Notes: generated by a model not told the origin, from the letters alone. 62,265 nucleotides of DNA, filler included, from Chiloscyllium plagiosum (GCF_004010195.1; 3 parts of one record of this genome joined end to end with filler, not necessarily neighbours in it); one strand, 5' to 3'. Shown: positions 13,534-28,475, numbered from the whole stretch's first letter. Numbers and translations: made by a program.

Positions 13534-13883
13534 TGAAATAACTGCATAGAGGCCATATCTTGTCACCACGTCATCCTTTATTTACATGTGCACAGTACAT
13601 GGACTCTGACCAGCCAGCTCAGAACCAGTCCCTAGTCAGAGCAGACTGTCTGACACTCCTTTTCATCTCTGTCAGCCTGGGCTCCCTTCATCCTTTATTT
13701 ACATGTGCACAGTACATGGACTCTGACCAGCCAGCTCAAAGCCATTCCCTAGTCAGAGCAGACTGTCTGACACTCCTTTTCATCTCTGTCAGCCTGGGCT
13801 CCCTGATTGGCCCGAGGTTAACAGCCACAATCAAGGATATCCTACTCAATGAGATCTACCTAGCCCTCATTCCAATCACTACA
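13534..13883 (-). mobile_element. Solo LTR of the Gypsy family at 38238-41153, with an internal 117-bp tandem duplication
   Basis: Minus strand TGTAGTGATTGG...GTTATTTCA matches LTRs at 38238 and 40292; flanks aaggc/atggc; duplicated unit 13571-13687 / 13688-13804. Confidence 0.85.
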
Positions 13884-14368
13884 ATGGCACAAGCAAGAAT
13901 AAGCATTTACACCTCAAAATATTGTATCTTCATTGTTTCTGTTCCCAAAGTACAGTCCTAAAATAATAACGATTACGTCAAGGGTCTACTTCAAGATTTT
14001 CTGGACCATTGGTATTTCTGAACTGTAGAATTCTCAACTGGAGAAGCTGATGTGTATTTATCTAGTGCACTGCAATCTCTCATTGTGTGCGATAATTTGA
14101 TTTGGAGATGGTGTTTTTGAAGGCGAAGTTTCTCAGCAGTTGGTAAATGAATAGAGGGCAGGCAGATGGTGCTCCTGATCGCCATCCCTGGGCAGCATTC
14201 TTCTGAGTGAGCTACCAAGAGCAAATGAAATGGTGTGATGTGTACAATCTCGGATTATTAGAGCACAGCAACATGAACAGAGCCCATTTAAGATCTGTAC
14301 AGCATGAAATAAGACAAGAGTTACACCATAAGGCTGTATACAGATCTTTGAGAGAGAGCAGAGATAAT

Positions 14369-14688
14369 TTAGATTAGATTAGATTACATTACAGTGTGGA
14401 AACAGGCCTTTCGGCCCAACAAGTCCACACCGACCCGCCAAAGCGAAACCCACCCATACCCCTACATTTACCCCTTACCTAACACTACGGGCAATTTAGC
14501 TTGGCCAATTCACCTGACCCTGCACATCTTTTGGACTGTGGGAGGAAACCGGAGCACCCGGAGGAAACCCACGCAGACACGGGGAGAACGTGCAAACTCC
14601 ACACAGTCAGTCGCCTGAGGCGGGAATTGAACCCGGGTCTCAGGCGCTGTGAGGCAGCAGTGCTAACCACTGTGCCACCGTGCCACCC
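14369..14688 (-). mobile_element. HE1-type V-SINE (tRNA-derived), full length
   Basis: Minus strand has box A tggcacagtgg, box B ggttcaattcc, V-domain (ctgtgtggagtttgcacgttctccccgtgtctgcgtgggtttcctccgggtgctccggtttcctcccacag), CR1-like tail and (aatct)n end. Confidence 0.9.
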
Positions 14689-14774
14689 ATTTACTAGAAC
14701 AGGACCAGAGATAAGGGACTTCAATTATGTGAAAAATCAAGAGAATTTGGGATTATTCTTCTCACAGCAGATGG

Positions 14775-15180
14775 TTTATAGAATCCCTACAGTGAGATGG
14801 AGGCCTTTGACCCATCGAGTTTGAACCAATCGCCAAAGAGCATCTAACCCAGATCAACATCCCCTCAATCTCTGTAACACCATGTTTAGTATTGTTAAAC
14901 CACCTAGCCTGCACATCCCTGAACACTAGTGGCAATTTAATGTGGCAAACCTGCACATCTTTGGACTGTGGGAGGAAACCAGAAAACCCAGAGGAAACCC
15001 ATGCAGACACGGCTAAACTGTGTTATCCGGCATTCGATTATCTGGAATTCAATTAACCGAACGAAATACTATCCGCCCATTTCCTTCGGATAATCGAGGT
15101 TCCTCTGTATCTGAGATTAGAATCGCGTCTAGATCCCTGGCACTTTGAGGCAGAAATGCTAACCGCTGAGCCCCCATGCA
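14775..15180 (-). mobile_element. Degenerate HE1-type SINE interrupted by a MITE fragment
   Basis: ttggactgtgggaggaaacc...gaggaaacccatgcagacacgg; head remnant at about 15110-15175. Confidence 0.65.
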
Positions 15181-15796
15181 GCCCTAAAATGTTCAAAATT
15201 ATGAAGAGTTTTGATAGCGTATATAATGAGAAACTCTTTTCATTGGCAGGAGCATCAGTTACCAAAGGACACAGGTTTCAGGTGAATAGCAAGCAAGGAA
15301 AGAGGGGAAATGATTTTTGTTTTGTGCAGCAAGCGTTGTGATCCAGAAAGTGCTACCTGAAATGATGGAAGCAAATTCAATAATAACTTTTGAAAGTAAA
15401 ATCTGATAAATATTTAGAAAAGAAATTTGCACAGCTTTGGGGACAAAGCAAGGAAAGAGATAAATTGGATAATTCTTTAAAATACCAGTACAACCACAAT
15501 AGACTAAATGGTGACTTGTGCTGAAGGATTCTGTGAAAGAATGCAACTTTATAATGGGATTTCCCATAGAGTGAGTTTAAAGTATGAGTGTTGAATGCAT
15601 TTTCTAAGTGAATTAGTAGTATTTATAATACATCATTACTTAATCACATTATTATAGGTTGTTGTGACCATATCAATAAACATTTAATATTTTGATTATC
15701 TGTTATTTTGAGGCTTATTTGACCATTGTTTTAATATTTTAAAGTAATTGAGACTTTAGTTTATGTTAAAACGTAATCATTTAATTTTTCATTTAG

Positions 15797-16060
<264 letters not shown>

Positions 16061-16189
16061 TAAGAAAACACAGTTTACCCATCCTGCCTCCTGTTCAGTA
16101 AGAAGCTACCAATCTTAGATTTAAATTATTCATTGACCCAGCATTGAATACTTGTTGTGGGCGAAGTGTTTCCACACTGGTATCACTCT

Positions 16190-16975
16190 ATAGAGTCGTA
16201 GAGTTAGAGTTATAGGTGGAAAAAGGTGCTTCAGTCCAAATTATCCATGCCGAGCAGATATCCTAAATTGATCAAGTCCCATTTGCCAGCACCTATTCAT
16301 ATGCCCGTCCGGATGCCTTTTAAATGTTGTAATTGTACCAGCCTCCATCACCTCCTCTGGCAGCTCATTCCATACACACACCATCCTCTACGTGAAAACA
16401 TTACTCCTTTGGTCCCCATTAAATCTTTCTTCTCTCATCTTAAACCTATGCTTTCAAGTTTTGATTCCCCTATCCTGGGAAAAAGAACTTGGTTATTTAC
16501 CTATCCATGCCCCTGATGATTTTATAAATCTCTTTGACATCACCCCTCCAGGTATAAAAAGCCCCAACCTATTCAGCCTCTCCTTAGAGCTTAAACCCTC
16601 CAGTCCCAGCAACATGCTTATAATTATTTTCTGAACCCTTTCAAGTTTAACAACATCTTTCCTGTAGCAGGGAGACCACAATTGAATGCAGTATTCCAAA
16701 AGTGGCATAACCAATGTCCTGTACAGGTGCAACATGACATCCCAACTCCTATGCTCAGTGCACTGACCAATGAAGGCCAGTGTGCCAAAAATCATCTTCA
16801 CCATCCTGTCCCTGTGTCTCCACTTTCAAGGAACTATGCATCTGCACCTCTAGGTCTCTTTGTTCCACAGAGTCCTACCATTAACTGAATATGTCCTATC
16901 CTGACTTGCCTTACCTCATGTTTATCTAAATTAAACTCCATCTGCCTCTCTTTGGCCCATTAGTCCATCTGAGAT
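16190..16975 (-). mobile_element. CR1 LINE 3' fragment
   Basis: ORF 16493..16804 LEYCIQLWSPCYRKDVVKLERVQ. Confidence 0.85.
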
Positions 16976-17384
16976 AATCTTCTTCAAAACTTTTTTTTGA
17001 TTTCTCTCTTGAATTTTAAAATGATTTCCGTATGACCAAGACACTCCCAACTAAATGTAAGGAACTTGAATAAAAAAACAATGAAATGGGGGGGGGCACT
17101 CAGCCTTTTAGACTGCATCTGAGAGGGGATGAATGTAAGATTAAAGGCTTTTTTTACATACAGTTTTCAGCTTCTACTTTTCTTCACATGTTGCCTGAGA
17201 TTTGTGTGTTTCTGGCATTTGCGGTAACTATTTCAATTTATCCAACATTTTGTTGATTATTCTTGGAAGTTGCAATCATATCTGGATGAAGACCAAATTA
17301 ACAAGTGTTCCTGACAGCTATGTACCAGAGTATGAAAGATAGGTGCACATATCTATTCTGTATTGGTACCTTTTCCTTGAGGAG

Positions 17385-17580
17385 TGAACAGTTGCATTTA
17401 CATAGCACCTTTCAAGATGTCAGGACATCATTAAGCACTTTATAATTAATGAGGTTGTCTTGAAACGTCACTTGTGTTGTACATAAATGTAGAAGCCAGC
17501 ATTTGCCTACTAAGCTCCCACAGATGGCAATATAGTACTGACTAAATCATCTGCATTTGTGATGTTGGTTGAATGGAAAA
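17385..17580 (-). mobile_element. Ancient Deu-domain SINE remnant (SacSINE1/AmnSINE1-like)
   Basis: ttgcatttacatagcaccttt...agctcccacagatggcaat...gtgatgttggttga pattern; similar remnants at about 19740-19890, 24100-24230, 49550-49760. Confidence 0.5.
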
Positions 17581-17589
17581 TTTGTACCA

Positions 17590-18385
17590 TTGGAGTATAA
17601 GAGTAGGGAAGTCTTACTGTAACTTACAAGGTGCTGGTGAGATTACATCTGGAGTACTGTCAGCAGTTTAGGTCCCTTATTTAAGGAAAGATATTTCGTT
17701 GGAGGTAGTTCTGAGAAAGCTCACGTGGATGAGGGATGGTTCAAAAGCATTGCCTTATGAGCAAAGGCTAAACAGGTTAGGACTCTACTCGCTGGAACTC
17801 AGAAGAATGATAGGTGATCCCATTGAGGTATATAGGATTCTTAAGAGACTTGGCAGAATAAATGCTGAGAGGGTGTTTCCCTCATGGGAAATTTTAGCCA
17901 TGATAAGGGGAAGCCGGTGTTGGACTGGGATGGACAAAGTTAGACATCACATGACACCAGGGGTTATAGATCAACAAGTTTATTTGAATTCACAAGCTTC
18001 ACCTGATGTAGGGGCTACACTCTGAAAGCTTGCGATTTCAAATAAACCTGTTAGACTGTAACCTAGAGTCGGGGGAAACTTTAGGACCAGAGAGCATAGT
18101 CTCAGAATAAAGGGGTGCCAATTTAAGACTGAGATGAAGAAGAATCTCTTCTCTGAGGGTTGTGAGTCTTTGTAATGCCTTGCCACAGAGAGCTGTGGGG
18201 ACAGTGTCCTTGTATATTTAAGGCTGAGGGATATAGATTCTTGATGAGTAGAGGAATGGAGCAAACCGGGAAACCAGGAAAGTCAATGTGAGGAATGTCA
18301 GATCAGCCATGATCCTAATGAATGAACAGAGCAGGATTGAGGAGCCGAACAGCGTAAATCCATTTCTATTTCATATGGTCTTACT
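17590..18385 (+). mobile_element. CR1 3' fragment containing a PLE fold-back (17898-18072)
   Basis: LPYEQRLNRLGLYSLELRRMIGDPIEVYRIL; insert flanked by gggaaattttag (17886-17897) and gggaaactttag (18073-18084). Confidence 0.8.
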
Positions 18386-19465
18386 TTAGACTAGTGGAAT
18401 CTGTCACAACAGTTCGACTAACCTTGAAGGAGTATGTCTAAGTAAATCGTAGGTCCAGTTTTCCCAGATCATATGCTCGATGTAAATATTTCAAGTTGAA
18501 TTATTCAGCCCTCATTACAGGAAATTACATAGAAGCACATAAAATGTACATCATTGGAACAGACCATTCAACCCAATTATTCCCTGTCTGTCCGTGTGAG
18601 CTTTTCTCCTGCCCACCTTCATCCCATCCCCTCATTGTAACTTATTTCCTTTCATCTCATGACTATCCTGCTTCCTCTTAAATGCATCTGCTTTTAAATA
18701 TGATTGTACCAGCCTCCACCACTTCCCCTGGCAGTTTGTTCCATAAACACACCACTTGCTGTGCAAAACAGTTGCCTCTTAGGTCATGGTAGTGATAGTG
18801 AGTTCAGTTTTCTCACCAATCTGCATTTCTAATAACACTTGGAAATGACCAGTGCTGGTCTGGTCAGGAGTTCCATTTTTAAGAGCAAAGGAATTGTTTG
18901 GACCAGTACTAGTCATTTCTCTGCCTTTTACTGTCATGTTAGAAGTTTCTTGTGATACCTGCATTCATTTTATTAATGGTTATCCTATACTGATTGCTTT
19001 AGTTTTAGATTCCTTCTTCGATGGAAACTTATTTTCTATGTCTTTTCTGAAGCGAGAGCCCCAACTTGTTTTAATTTTTAGTTTTAAGCTCTCAGTCCTG
19101 CTATCATTGTTGCAATTTTTCTTTGCAACTTCTTGAGTGTCTCGTCATCCTCTATAAAATGGAGAGCAGAACTGAGCAGAATTCCGTCTCGCTGCACAGA
19201 TGGATTTAGTCACTTCCACTTCACTGAAACAGAAAGCTTTCAAATGCTGGCTAAGAATAGGTAACATTTTAAGAGTGATTAGAAGAAATTGCTGTGCTTT
19301 GCAGCAGCCTGCTGTGAGAGAATCCAAATTGCCCAAACCTGTCTTGGAGTTAAATCTGACAGAAGATTACCCAGTGTTCTTAGTAATTACAGCAATTCTC
19401 TTCCATTCAAGACTGTGCGAGAAAATTAGAGAGACCGATAGATGATGCTTGAATAATGTTTATAA

Positions 19466-19795
<330 letters not shown>

Positions 19796-19892
19796 TAGTG
19801 GTAGACAATATGGACACAGCAGACTTCTGAAAATGGGTAAAGCGGTAATGACCAAGTAACCATGTATTGATGCTGTTCAAGGGATTAACCTT

Positions 19893-20405
19893 AGTCATAG
19901 AGTCATAAAGTCATAGAGATGTACAGTACGGAAATAGACCCTTCGGTCCAACTCGTCCATGCCGACCAGATATCCCAACTCAATTTAGTCCCACCTCCCA
20001 GCACCCAGCCCATATCCCTCCAAATCCTTTCTATTCATACACCCATCCAGATGTCTTTTAAATGTTGCAATTGTACTAGCCTCCACCACTTCCTGAGGCA
20101 GCTAATTCCATACACGTACCACCCTCTGTGTGAAAAAGATGCCCCTCAGGTCTCTCTCATATCTTTCCCCTCTCACCGTAAACCTATGTCCACTAGTTCT
20201 GGACTCCCCCAACCCAGGGAAGAGACTTTGTCTATTTATTCTATTCATGCCCCTCATAATTTTATAAACCTCTATAAGGTCACCCCTCAGCCTTTGACGC
20301 TCCAGGGATAACAGGGCCAGCCTATTCAACCTTTCCCAAGAGCTCAAATCCTCCAACCCTGGCAACATCCTTGTAAATCTTTTCTGAACCCTTTCAAGTT
20401 TCACA
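19893..20405 (-). mobile_element. CR1 LINE 3' fragment
   Basis: ORF 20102..20404 KLERVQKRFTRMLPGLEDL...GIFFTQRVVRVWN; tcatagag tail repeats. Confidence 0.9.
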
Positions 20406-21649
20406 AGTTTCCAACTTGGATGTGTGTCGTAATTCTTTAGAATGGAGAAGGTGGATTCTTCTACATCTATCTAAGAGAGCCTTGGTTAAATGACTCACTT
20501 TAAAGCTGAAGCTGAAACTGAAACAGAATTGCCGGAGAAATTCAGCAGGTCTGGCAGCATCTGTGGAAAGATAGAAGAGTCTTGGGTCCAGTGACTCTTC
20601 TTCAGAACTTAAAGACAACATCTCTGGCAGTGCAGCATTTTTTCTGAAGAGGTAGTCTAGACTGCGGGCCCAAGCCCTGAAGTGGGACTTCAACATACAG
20701 TATAACGTTTTCACACTGGGGCAAGAATGCTACCCACAGAACCTCAGCTGACACTGCTGTCATCCAAAATTCAGCCAGTGGACATTTTCTGCAAAACCCA
20801 TTCTGTAATTTTGGGGCTGCTCCTCAATTACAAAAGTCAATTGCTGGGAAAATAAGATGCTGCAATTAATATCCCATTTCTGATTTTTTTTTAAATCACA
20901 AAGAAATGTAGTGAGTGTGTTTTTTTAATTGTTCTTTGTGAAAATTCCCACAAGAAATCAACTGATAAATTCTGTAATTATTTAAAAGAGGGAGAAACAA
21001 AATCTTGCACCTTTTAGGCAACGTTGCTGACAAAGCCTTAAAAACAAAACAAGTTCTCAAGCGTGGAGAATGCAAAGTTAAGAATTACTCGATCTTTTCC
21101 TGCCTCCTTCCCATGATACTAATTTGCTTTCCAAAAATAATTTTCATAAAAACAGCTCAGCACCTGTGGCCATAATTAGAAGCCCTGTGCCAAGTATTTT
21201 GAGATGAAATCAAAATTCTGTCTGGAAACACTCCTCAAATAGACAAGTAGCTATACTAATTCTAAACTGAAATATGGCTTCGAGGCAACCCTGCTAATAC
21301 CTGCTTTAAATTTTTAAAAAACAGGCTATGCTGGAAATACGCAGCAGATTAGGCAGCATTTGTAGAGAGAGAACAAAGAATTTGTCTTTCTGGAAACAGA
21401 GAGGGGGGGGGAGAAGAAGAGAAAAAAGTAAAGATTTCCATTTCCGTAACAGCATATACAATCTCTGCTCATCCCAAAGATCTTTGCAAATAATTTTTTT
21501 AAATCATCACTGGCTAGACCAGTATTTATTGCCAATCCTTAACATCCTAACAAGATGGTAATAAGCTGCCTTTAGCCACTGCAGCTCATATGATGGAACT
21601 TATCTGGAACAGTTTGACACAATTGAGAACATTTTCCGTGAGCAGTTAA

Positions 21650-23220
21650 GAGTCATACAACACATAAATAGACCTTTTGGTCCAACCAATCCATGCTGAA
21701 CATAATCCCAAACTAAACTAGTCTCATCTGCCTGCTCCTGGTCCATATCCCTCCAAATCTTTCCTGTTAATGTATCTATCCAAGTGTTGTTTAAACATTG
21801 TAATTGTACCTGCATCCACCACTTTCTTAGGACGTTCATTCCACATGATCAACCCTCAGTGTAAAAAATCTGTCTCTTATGTCTTTTTTAAATCTCTCTC
21901 CTCTCACCTGAAAAATGTGCCCCCTGGTCTTGAAATCCCCCATGCTTGGGAAAAGACAATTATCATTACCCTCTATCTATACCTCATTATTTTATAAACT
22001 TCTGTCAGATCGCCTGTCAACCTCCTATGCTCCAGTGATAAAAGTCCCAGCCTATCCAGCCTTTCTTTATAACTCAAACCTAGTCAACCACATTGCTGTA
22101 GGTCTGTAATAATATTTGGGCTGAACTCAATAAGGGTCACAGATTTCCTTTAATGGAAAGGAACCAGATGGGATTTTACAACAATCTGGTAGCTAAATAA
22201 TGGTCATCATTACTGAGACCAGAAACAGACAAGATAGGAGCAGGAGTAGACCATTCCATCCCTCGAGCCTGCTCCATCATTCAATATGATCATGGCTGAT
22301 CATTGAGCTCAATATCCTAATCCCAGTCTTCTCCATATCCCTTGATCCATTTAGCCACAAGAGCTATATCAAGCTCCTTCTTGAAAACAAATAATATTTT
22401 GGCCTCGAAATTCCTACGATAATATTTTCTATCGTAGGAATTTCCACAGGCTTACCACTCTCTGGGTGAAGCAATTTCTCCTCATCTCAGTCCTAAAAGG
22501 TTCACTTGTTATTCTGAAACTGTGACCCCTGGTTCCAGACTTCCCCACCATCAGTAACATCCTTCCTGCATCTAACCTGTCTAGACCAGGTCGAAATGTA
22601 TAGATTTCTATGAGATCCCCATCATTCTTCTAAAGTCCGATGAAAACAATCCTAACCGACCCAACCGCTCCTCAAGCGTCCGTCCTGCCATCCCAGAAAT
22701 CAATTTAGTAAATCTTCACTGCATTCTCTCTCGCTGTAGCAAGAACATCCTTTGGAGACCAAATAAGACACCAGATAAGGAGACCAAAATAGCACACAGG
22801 TGTGGCCTCACCAATGCCTTGTATGACTGCAGAAAGACATCCTTGTTCCTGCACTCAAATCCTCTCACTATGAAGGCCAATATACCATTTTCCTTCTTTA
22901 CTGCTTGCTGCACCTGCATGCTTACTTTCAGCGACTGGTGCACAAGAACACCAGGCCTCAATGAACATTTCAATTTACAGCCATTCAAATAATAATCTGC
23001 CTCTCATTTTTGCAACCAAAGTGGCTAACCTCACATTGATCCATATTATACTGCATCTGCCATGCATTTGCCCACTCACTCAGCCTGTCCTAATCACACT
23101 ACAACATCTTTGCATACTCCTCACAGCTCACCGTTCCCCCCAGCTTTGTGTATTCCGAAAACTTTGAGACATTACATTTAGTTCCAATATCTAAATCATT
23201 AGCATATATTGTGAATACAC
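21650..23220 (-). mobile_element. Two adjacent CR1 3' fragments (about 21650-22080 and 22225-23220)
   Basis: CR1 3' UTRs and VLVHQSLKVSMQVQQAVKKENGILAFI. Confidence 0.8.
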
Positions 23221-24859
23221 ACAAGTGCCCCACTAGTCACTGCCTGTCATTCTGTTTCCTATCTGTGAACCAGTTTGCTGACCACCTCAAATCTCATCTG
23301 GTAACCTTCATCAGAGGCACCTTGTGGCATCTAATTACATTAAAGGCACTGTATAAATTTTATTCCTGGCAATTGGCACTGCCAGCAGATCATTACATCT
23401 ATCTGAGAGGGCAGGTGGGGCCCTTTTTGCATTTCAGATGGCAGTGCACTATTCCCTTGGTGCAGTGCTAGGTGTCAGCTTAGATTACACATTCCTAAGT
23501 TGTTCCGCATGGATCCGATTGTGTCATTCCTGGACCATCTGTGAGCGAACATTGGGGACCATGAGATGCCAGCACAGGAATTCCTCTGTCTCTCCGGAAA
23601 CCATGCAGCCATTGCCTGTCCCATAGGGATACACATGCTGAGCACAGCTTGCCGTGTAAATGCGCAACGATTACTTAGTGAAGTGCTCTTCATGACAAAC
23701 CACTCGAGTGCTTTTCAAACTGCGCAACCTTGAATTCTGCTCTGCCTGGGATTCCCATCAGCATTGTAGTTACTGAGCAAACTATGTTCATTGAAATACC
23801 ACTGGTTATTATGGTGCATACAATTCTTAAGTGAGTACTAGAAGCTTGCTATAGAAATAGTACATGGATTTTGCAAGTGTTCTGCTGCATATAATCAATC
23901 CTGAAATCTTTGTTCATTATAAATTAAACGAATAACCATTTAGGAACAATTTTGTACTTAATAAATGCATACTTTTGTGATCAGTGGTTAGTTAAGCATA
24001 TTTAAAGTATAAATATTTGATCAATTGTTTATATTCTTAATGTTCATGACCAAGAATTTGAAAACATATGTCAAATTCAAAAAAAGCACATTGGTTCCTC
24101 AACCAACATCATTACGATATGAATGGTCTGCTCATTATTGCCTTGCTGTTTGTCAGAGCTTGCTGTGTGCAAATAGGCTGCAGTGATTCCTAAATTTCAA
24201 AGTGGTTACTCTTCCAAAGTATTTCATCGGCAGGGAAAATAAATTAAAGCTACTGCCTCAAGGTGTAAATCAGTAAACATGAGGTTCTGTGCAAACAGAG
24301 GTGTTGCAAATTTCCCTTCTATCCGTGTCAACCACGGTAATGTACACAACTGGTGGTAAGGGAGTGCTGGCCATTGGCTCCAGCTGTTCCACCACTTTTC
24401 CATTTTTGACTAATCCTCTTGTATGACACACACTCACAAACACAAACACTTGCACACATGCAGACACACATACAGCCACTCTCTCTCACACACACACATA
24501 CACACTGTCACTGCAGATACAGCGGAGGCAGCCACTCTGCTGCTGACTCGCCTTCCTGACTTCAGTCCTCTCACCACCCCTTTTCAGACCACGATGCCTC
24601 CTAATTAGAGGCACTGCCTATAAAACTTACCCTAGCATATTGCTAGTTCAAATGTGGTCTGTAGCCACAAATGGTTCCAGTTGCCAAAGAATTCAAAATC
24701 CTGAGGTTTCAGCCAATGTAAGAATAGTGTATCAAGAACAATGGTGAAAACGCGACAGATTGTGGGGGATAGTCAAGTGAGCTTATTCCTGCTCTTTGTG
24801 TTATGCAGAGTATTAAAAGACTGAGAAAATATAAACTTGCAATTTGTGAGTATTCTTGT

Positions 24860-25166
24860 CAGACGAATTTCCAGTTCACAGAAGGTTGGGTTGAATTTAA
24901 CGATTTGAGAAAGAGATGTAATTTTTCTGGATTTGATGCTGCAAAGCGATGGCGTTGAGGAATAGGTGAAGACTTCAGTTTTATATTTAGCTTATTGTTT
25001 TGCTTTATATAACAAACTTACTTTTATTATTGAAGAAAATCTGCAGCTTTGTGTGCTTATGTTGCAATGAATGACAATCACATTAAAACAAAACAAATTC
25101 TATGATCTATCAAGCTAGATTTCATTCGAGGAGCTAACCTAGCCATCAGCAGCTGGGATTATATCA
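24860..25166 (+). repeat. LTR-like remnant similar to about 27500-27820 and 42800-43100
   Basis: Shared blocks tctggatttg, tgaatgac(c/a)a, tgatctatca.g..agatttcatt, catca.c(a)gctgggat. Confidence 0.55.
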
Positions 25167-26304
25167 CTATATCATGGGAGCAAGTCCCACATTCTCACCA
25201 ATCTCTGTGCAATGAGGTTTCTCTTAAAATTAATGTTAAAATCATTCTTCAATTATTAAATATTGGATAAAGTCCGCTTTTTGTGAAACTCTTTACTGTT
25301 TCACATATAAATATGAAACTATTTTTTTATTGACTCTGTCTCAGTGAAGAATCTGAGCTTAATTCTTACCTTTAAAATTCCCAAAAATCGTGCACACAGG
25401 AGTATGTTTCCGAAATGTTGGCACTCGTGACTAGTGATTTCCTTCCTGAAAATCAAGTGAGGATCATACTCCTAAACGTCCTAATTCTGAAATTACTTAT
25501 TGGAAACATTGTAGATGAATATTTAATCTGTAAAGCCTTCCTCATCTCAGCATTAAATTTAAGAACGGTGTGTCCCTAGTCAGACTCTCTGACCCAGAAA
25601 AAACAAGAATAAAGTGGATTTATATTTTAACGTGGTAAAATAGTTAGAATAGTTAAGTCCTTATTTTTGACTGGGGCAGGTTGATGAGCTGAAGGGTCTT
25701 TTTCTGTGCTATAGCCTTCGATGACTGTGAGTCTATGACTAAAACATTCCAAGGTGCTTCAAGGAGGTTGGGGGTGGGGCACAGTTACCAAAGATTATTT
25801 GACAATCACGTCAGAAAATATTTAGGCAAGTGATCTGGATCTTGCTAAGAGAAGTAAGGATCTAAATAACAGCTGAAGGCAGGGTTGCTGATAGTGGACT
25901 TGAGTTCAAATCCTGCCATGGCAGCTGCTGAAATTTCAATTCAATTAATAAAATCTAGGGTTGAAATGAGTCTCAGTCATAACGACCATGAAACTACTAT
26001 CAAGACCCAACTGGTCACTAATGTTCTTTAGGACAGGAAATCTGCTTTCATTACCTAGCCTGATTCTTATGTGCCTTTAGACCCACAGCAATGTGGTAGA
26101 CCATTAACTACCTTCTGAAATAACTAAGCAAATCTAGACTCAACCGACACGTAAGACTATAATTTGCAAAAAGGATATATAAATGCAATTTTGGTGAATG
26201 CAAGCAGCATTTGAAACAAAATATGTGAACTCAGAGTGCAAATCGAAATGAGAAAGTACAAATTGATAGCTATTTCAGAGATATGGCTGCCAAATGACAT
26301 GGGT

Positions 26305-26895
26305 TGTGCGATGATCCTGCTCCTTTAAGAAGGTAATTCTGTCCTTGTGGTTTTTTTTCACGAGGGGACGTAAAGGCAGAGATTCTGACATGTCTGGAAA
26401 TATCTATTTGAAAAGGCTTTTCAAGTTTTTTTGTAACACCTGTATTATGAAAGGAGAGTGGCCAGTTCTCCCAATTCAGGGTTTTTCTGATTTGGTTTGT
26501 TTTGGTTATAGCAAGCAGTCTGTTTGAGACTGCTGGTCAAAGAAACAGCTCCATGTTGGTCCTCTCACTGACATCTCTCTCCTGTAAGAACCTGTGCTTG
26601 ATTTAGCCTTTTTAGCCAAGGAGGTGTTTATGTGATGTTGCAAGTATTTGGAACAGCGTCATTAAGTTGTGATAGAGTCGCGTGAGTTTTCATCTCGGTT
26701 AAGTGATTCTAAATTCGGTTCTCTTTTGTTCATGTTTCATTCGGTAGTCTGTAAATAAATTCTGTTTTGTTTAAAATTGAGTGGTTGGGCCAGCTCTATC
26801 TCTCCTGGAATACCCACTTTACACCTGCTTAAAGCAACTAGAAAATTTAGGGTCTGTGCTACCTTTCTGAAATGTTTTGAGGGGATATGGCCTGG
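26305..26895 (+). mobile_element. Probable solo LTR inserted into a CR1 endonuclease remnant
   Basis: TG start, aataaa near 26755, non-coding; CR1 endonuclease-like sequence on both sides. Confidence 0.5.
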
Positions 26896-28152
26896 AAATA
26901 TTGAAGGATACAGAGATATTTAGAAATGATAGGAAAGCTTGGATAATGTGGAGAGGTGACTTTCTTAGATAGTGATAGTAGTACCACAAAGGGCACGATG
27001 GCATAAGTTCAGGAGACCAAGTTCTGGAAACCATTTATGTAGAAGTGAGAAATGATACAGGCAAGAAGACATTGGTGTGGTTTCCATGCCCTTAACAGTA
27101 AACATACGTTAGGCTGGAGCATAAAGAAATAAATCTTGAGATTTTAACAGAAAAGTTCAGTAATAATCATGAGACCTATACCTATGAGACTAGAAGAGTC
27201 AGATGGGTCAAGTTTGCCAAGTTGAGTTCATCGAATGCTTTCAGAATAGCTTTGCAGCATGCTTTGGAACGAGAGAGCAGGCAAAGCCAGAGCTGGTATT
27301 GTGCAGTGAGATAAGATTAATTAATCTGCTCATGAGTGAAGGTACCCCAAGGTATCACTGGCCATAATATGATGGAATTGTACTTTCACTTTGAGGGAGA
27401 GAGGAATTGCTCCCACACAATTTTGTAAAATTTAAATAAGCAAAATTAGTGCAAGAAGATTTCACAGTTCACAGCAAATAATTGTCTGGAATCAGTTAAG
27501 TGAGACTTAAATATTTGTTATAGAGCGTTTTTTTTTCTCTGGATTTAAGTCTCCATAATGGATAGTGTCAGGAAAATGGGATATGACATTGTTTTGATGT
27601 TGGTTTTAAGATCTTTCAAACTCTGTTGTACATTTAGGTAGCTTTGTTTGTTTCATTTTTGTTTAAATTTGTAATAAACATCTGTCAAAGAAACAATTTA
27701 GGCTTGTGTGATTGTTTCAATGAATGACCACCACATTAACTAAATTAAAAGAACAGACAATCTATGAGGCCTGATTCCAGGATCTGTCTTGTCCAGTAGT
27801 ATTATCAGCTGGGATCCGAAGTGTTGCCAGGATTGAAATTCATTGAAATTATGAGGAATCTGGATCATTTTTAAAGAAATAGATATATAGAGAAGTTCAA
27901 CATATTTTGTGAGGCTTATTGCATGTATTAGATTTTCAAGATAGCTTTGAATATTGCTAAGCATTTTATGGGAGAAGTAGACATACTAATTTTTGACTAA
28001 GGCTAACCTGAGATAAACTGAAGGTAGAAATAAAAATTGGATCTTGTAAGGAAGAGATGCTGAAAGTGATTATCCAAAATTTAGAATTAGAAGAAAATGA
28101 GAGGTCACAGCGAGAGCTAGCTAAGACATAGTAATGAAAAAAGACTTGAGTC

Positions 28153-28475
28153 TTAGAATCATAGAGATATACAGCATGGAAACAGACCCTTCAGTCTAAC
28201 TTGTCCATGCTGACCAGATATCCCAACCCAATCTATTCCCACCTGCCAGCACCCGGCCATATCTCCCTAAACCATTCCTTTTAATATCCTCATCCAGATA
28301 CCTTTTAAATGTTGTAATTGTACTCGCCTCCACCACTTCCTTTGGCAGCTTATTCCATACATGTATCACCCTCTGCATGAAAACGTTGTCCCTCAGGTCT
28401 GTTTTATATCTTTCAATGTCCTGTACAGCCGCAACATGACCTCCCAACTCCTGTACTCAATACTCTGACCAACAA
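28153..28475 (-). mobile_element. CR1 3' fragment nested in the Gmr1-like gag
   Basis: NVFMQRVIHVWNKLPKEVVEASTITTFKRYLD plus 3' UTR. Confidence 0.85.

Noticed and set aside
13560..13961. 133-aa ORF with an internal 39-aa repeat
   Set aside because: Produced by the 117-bp duplication on the antisense strand of a solo LTR.
14620..14688. tRNA-like sequence with A and B boxes
   Set aside because: It is the head of an HE1-type SINE, not a tRNA gene; the same holds at about 48304, 49765 and 55640.
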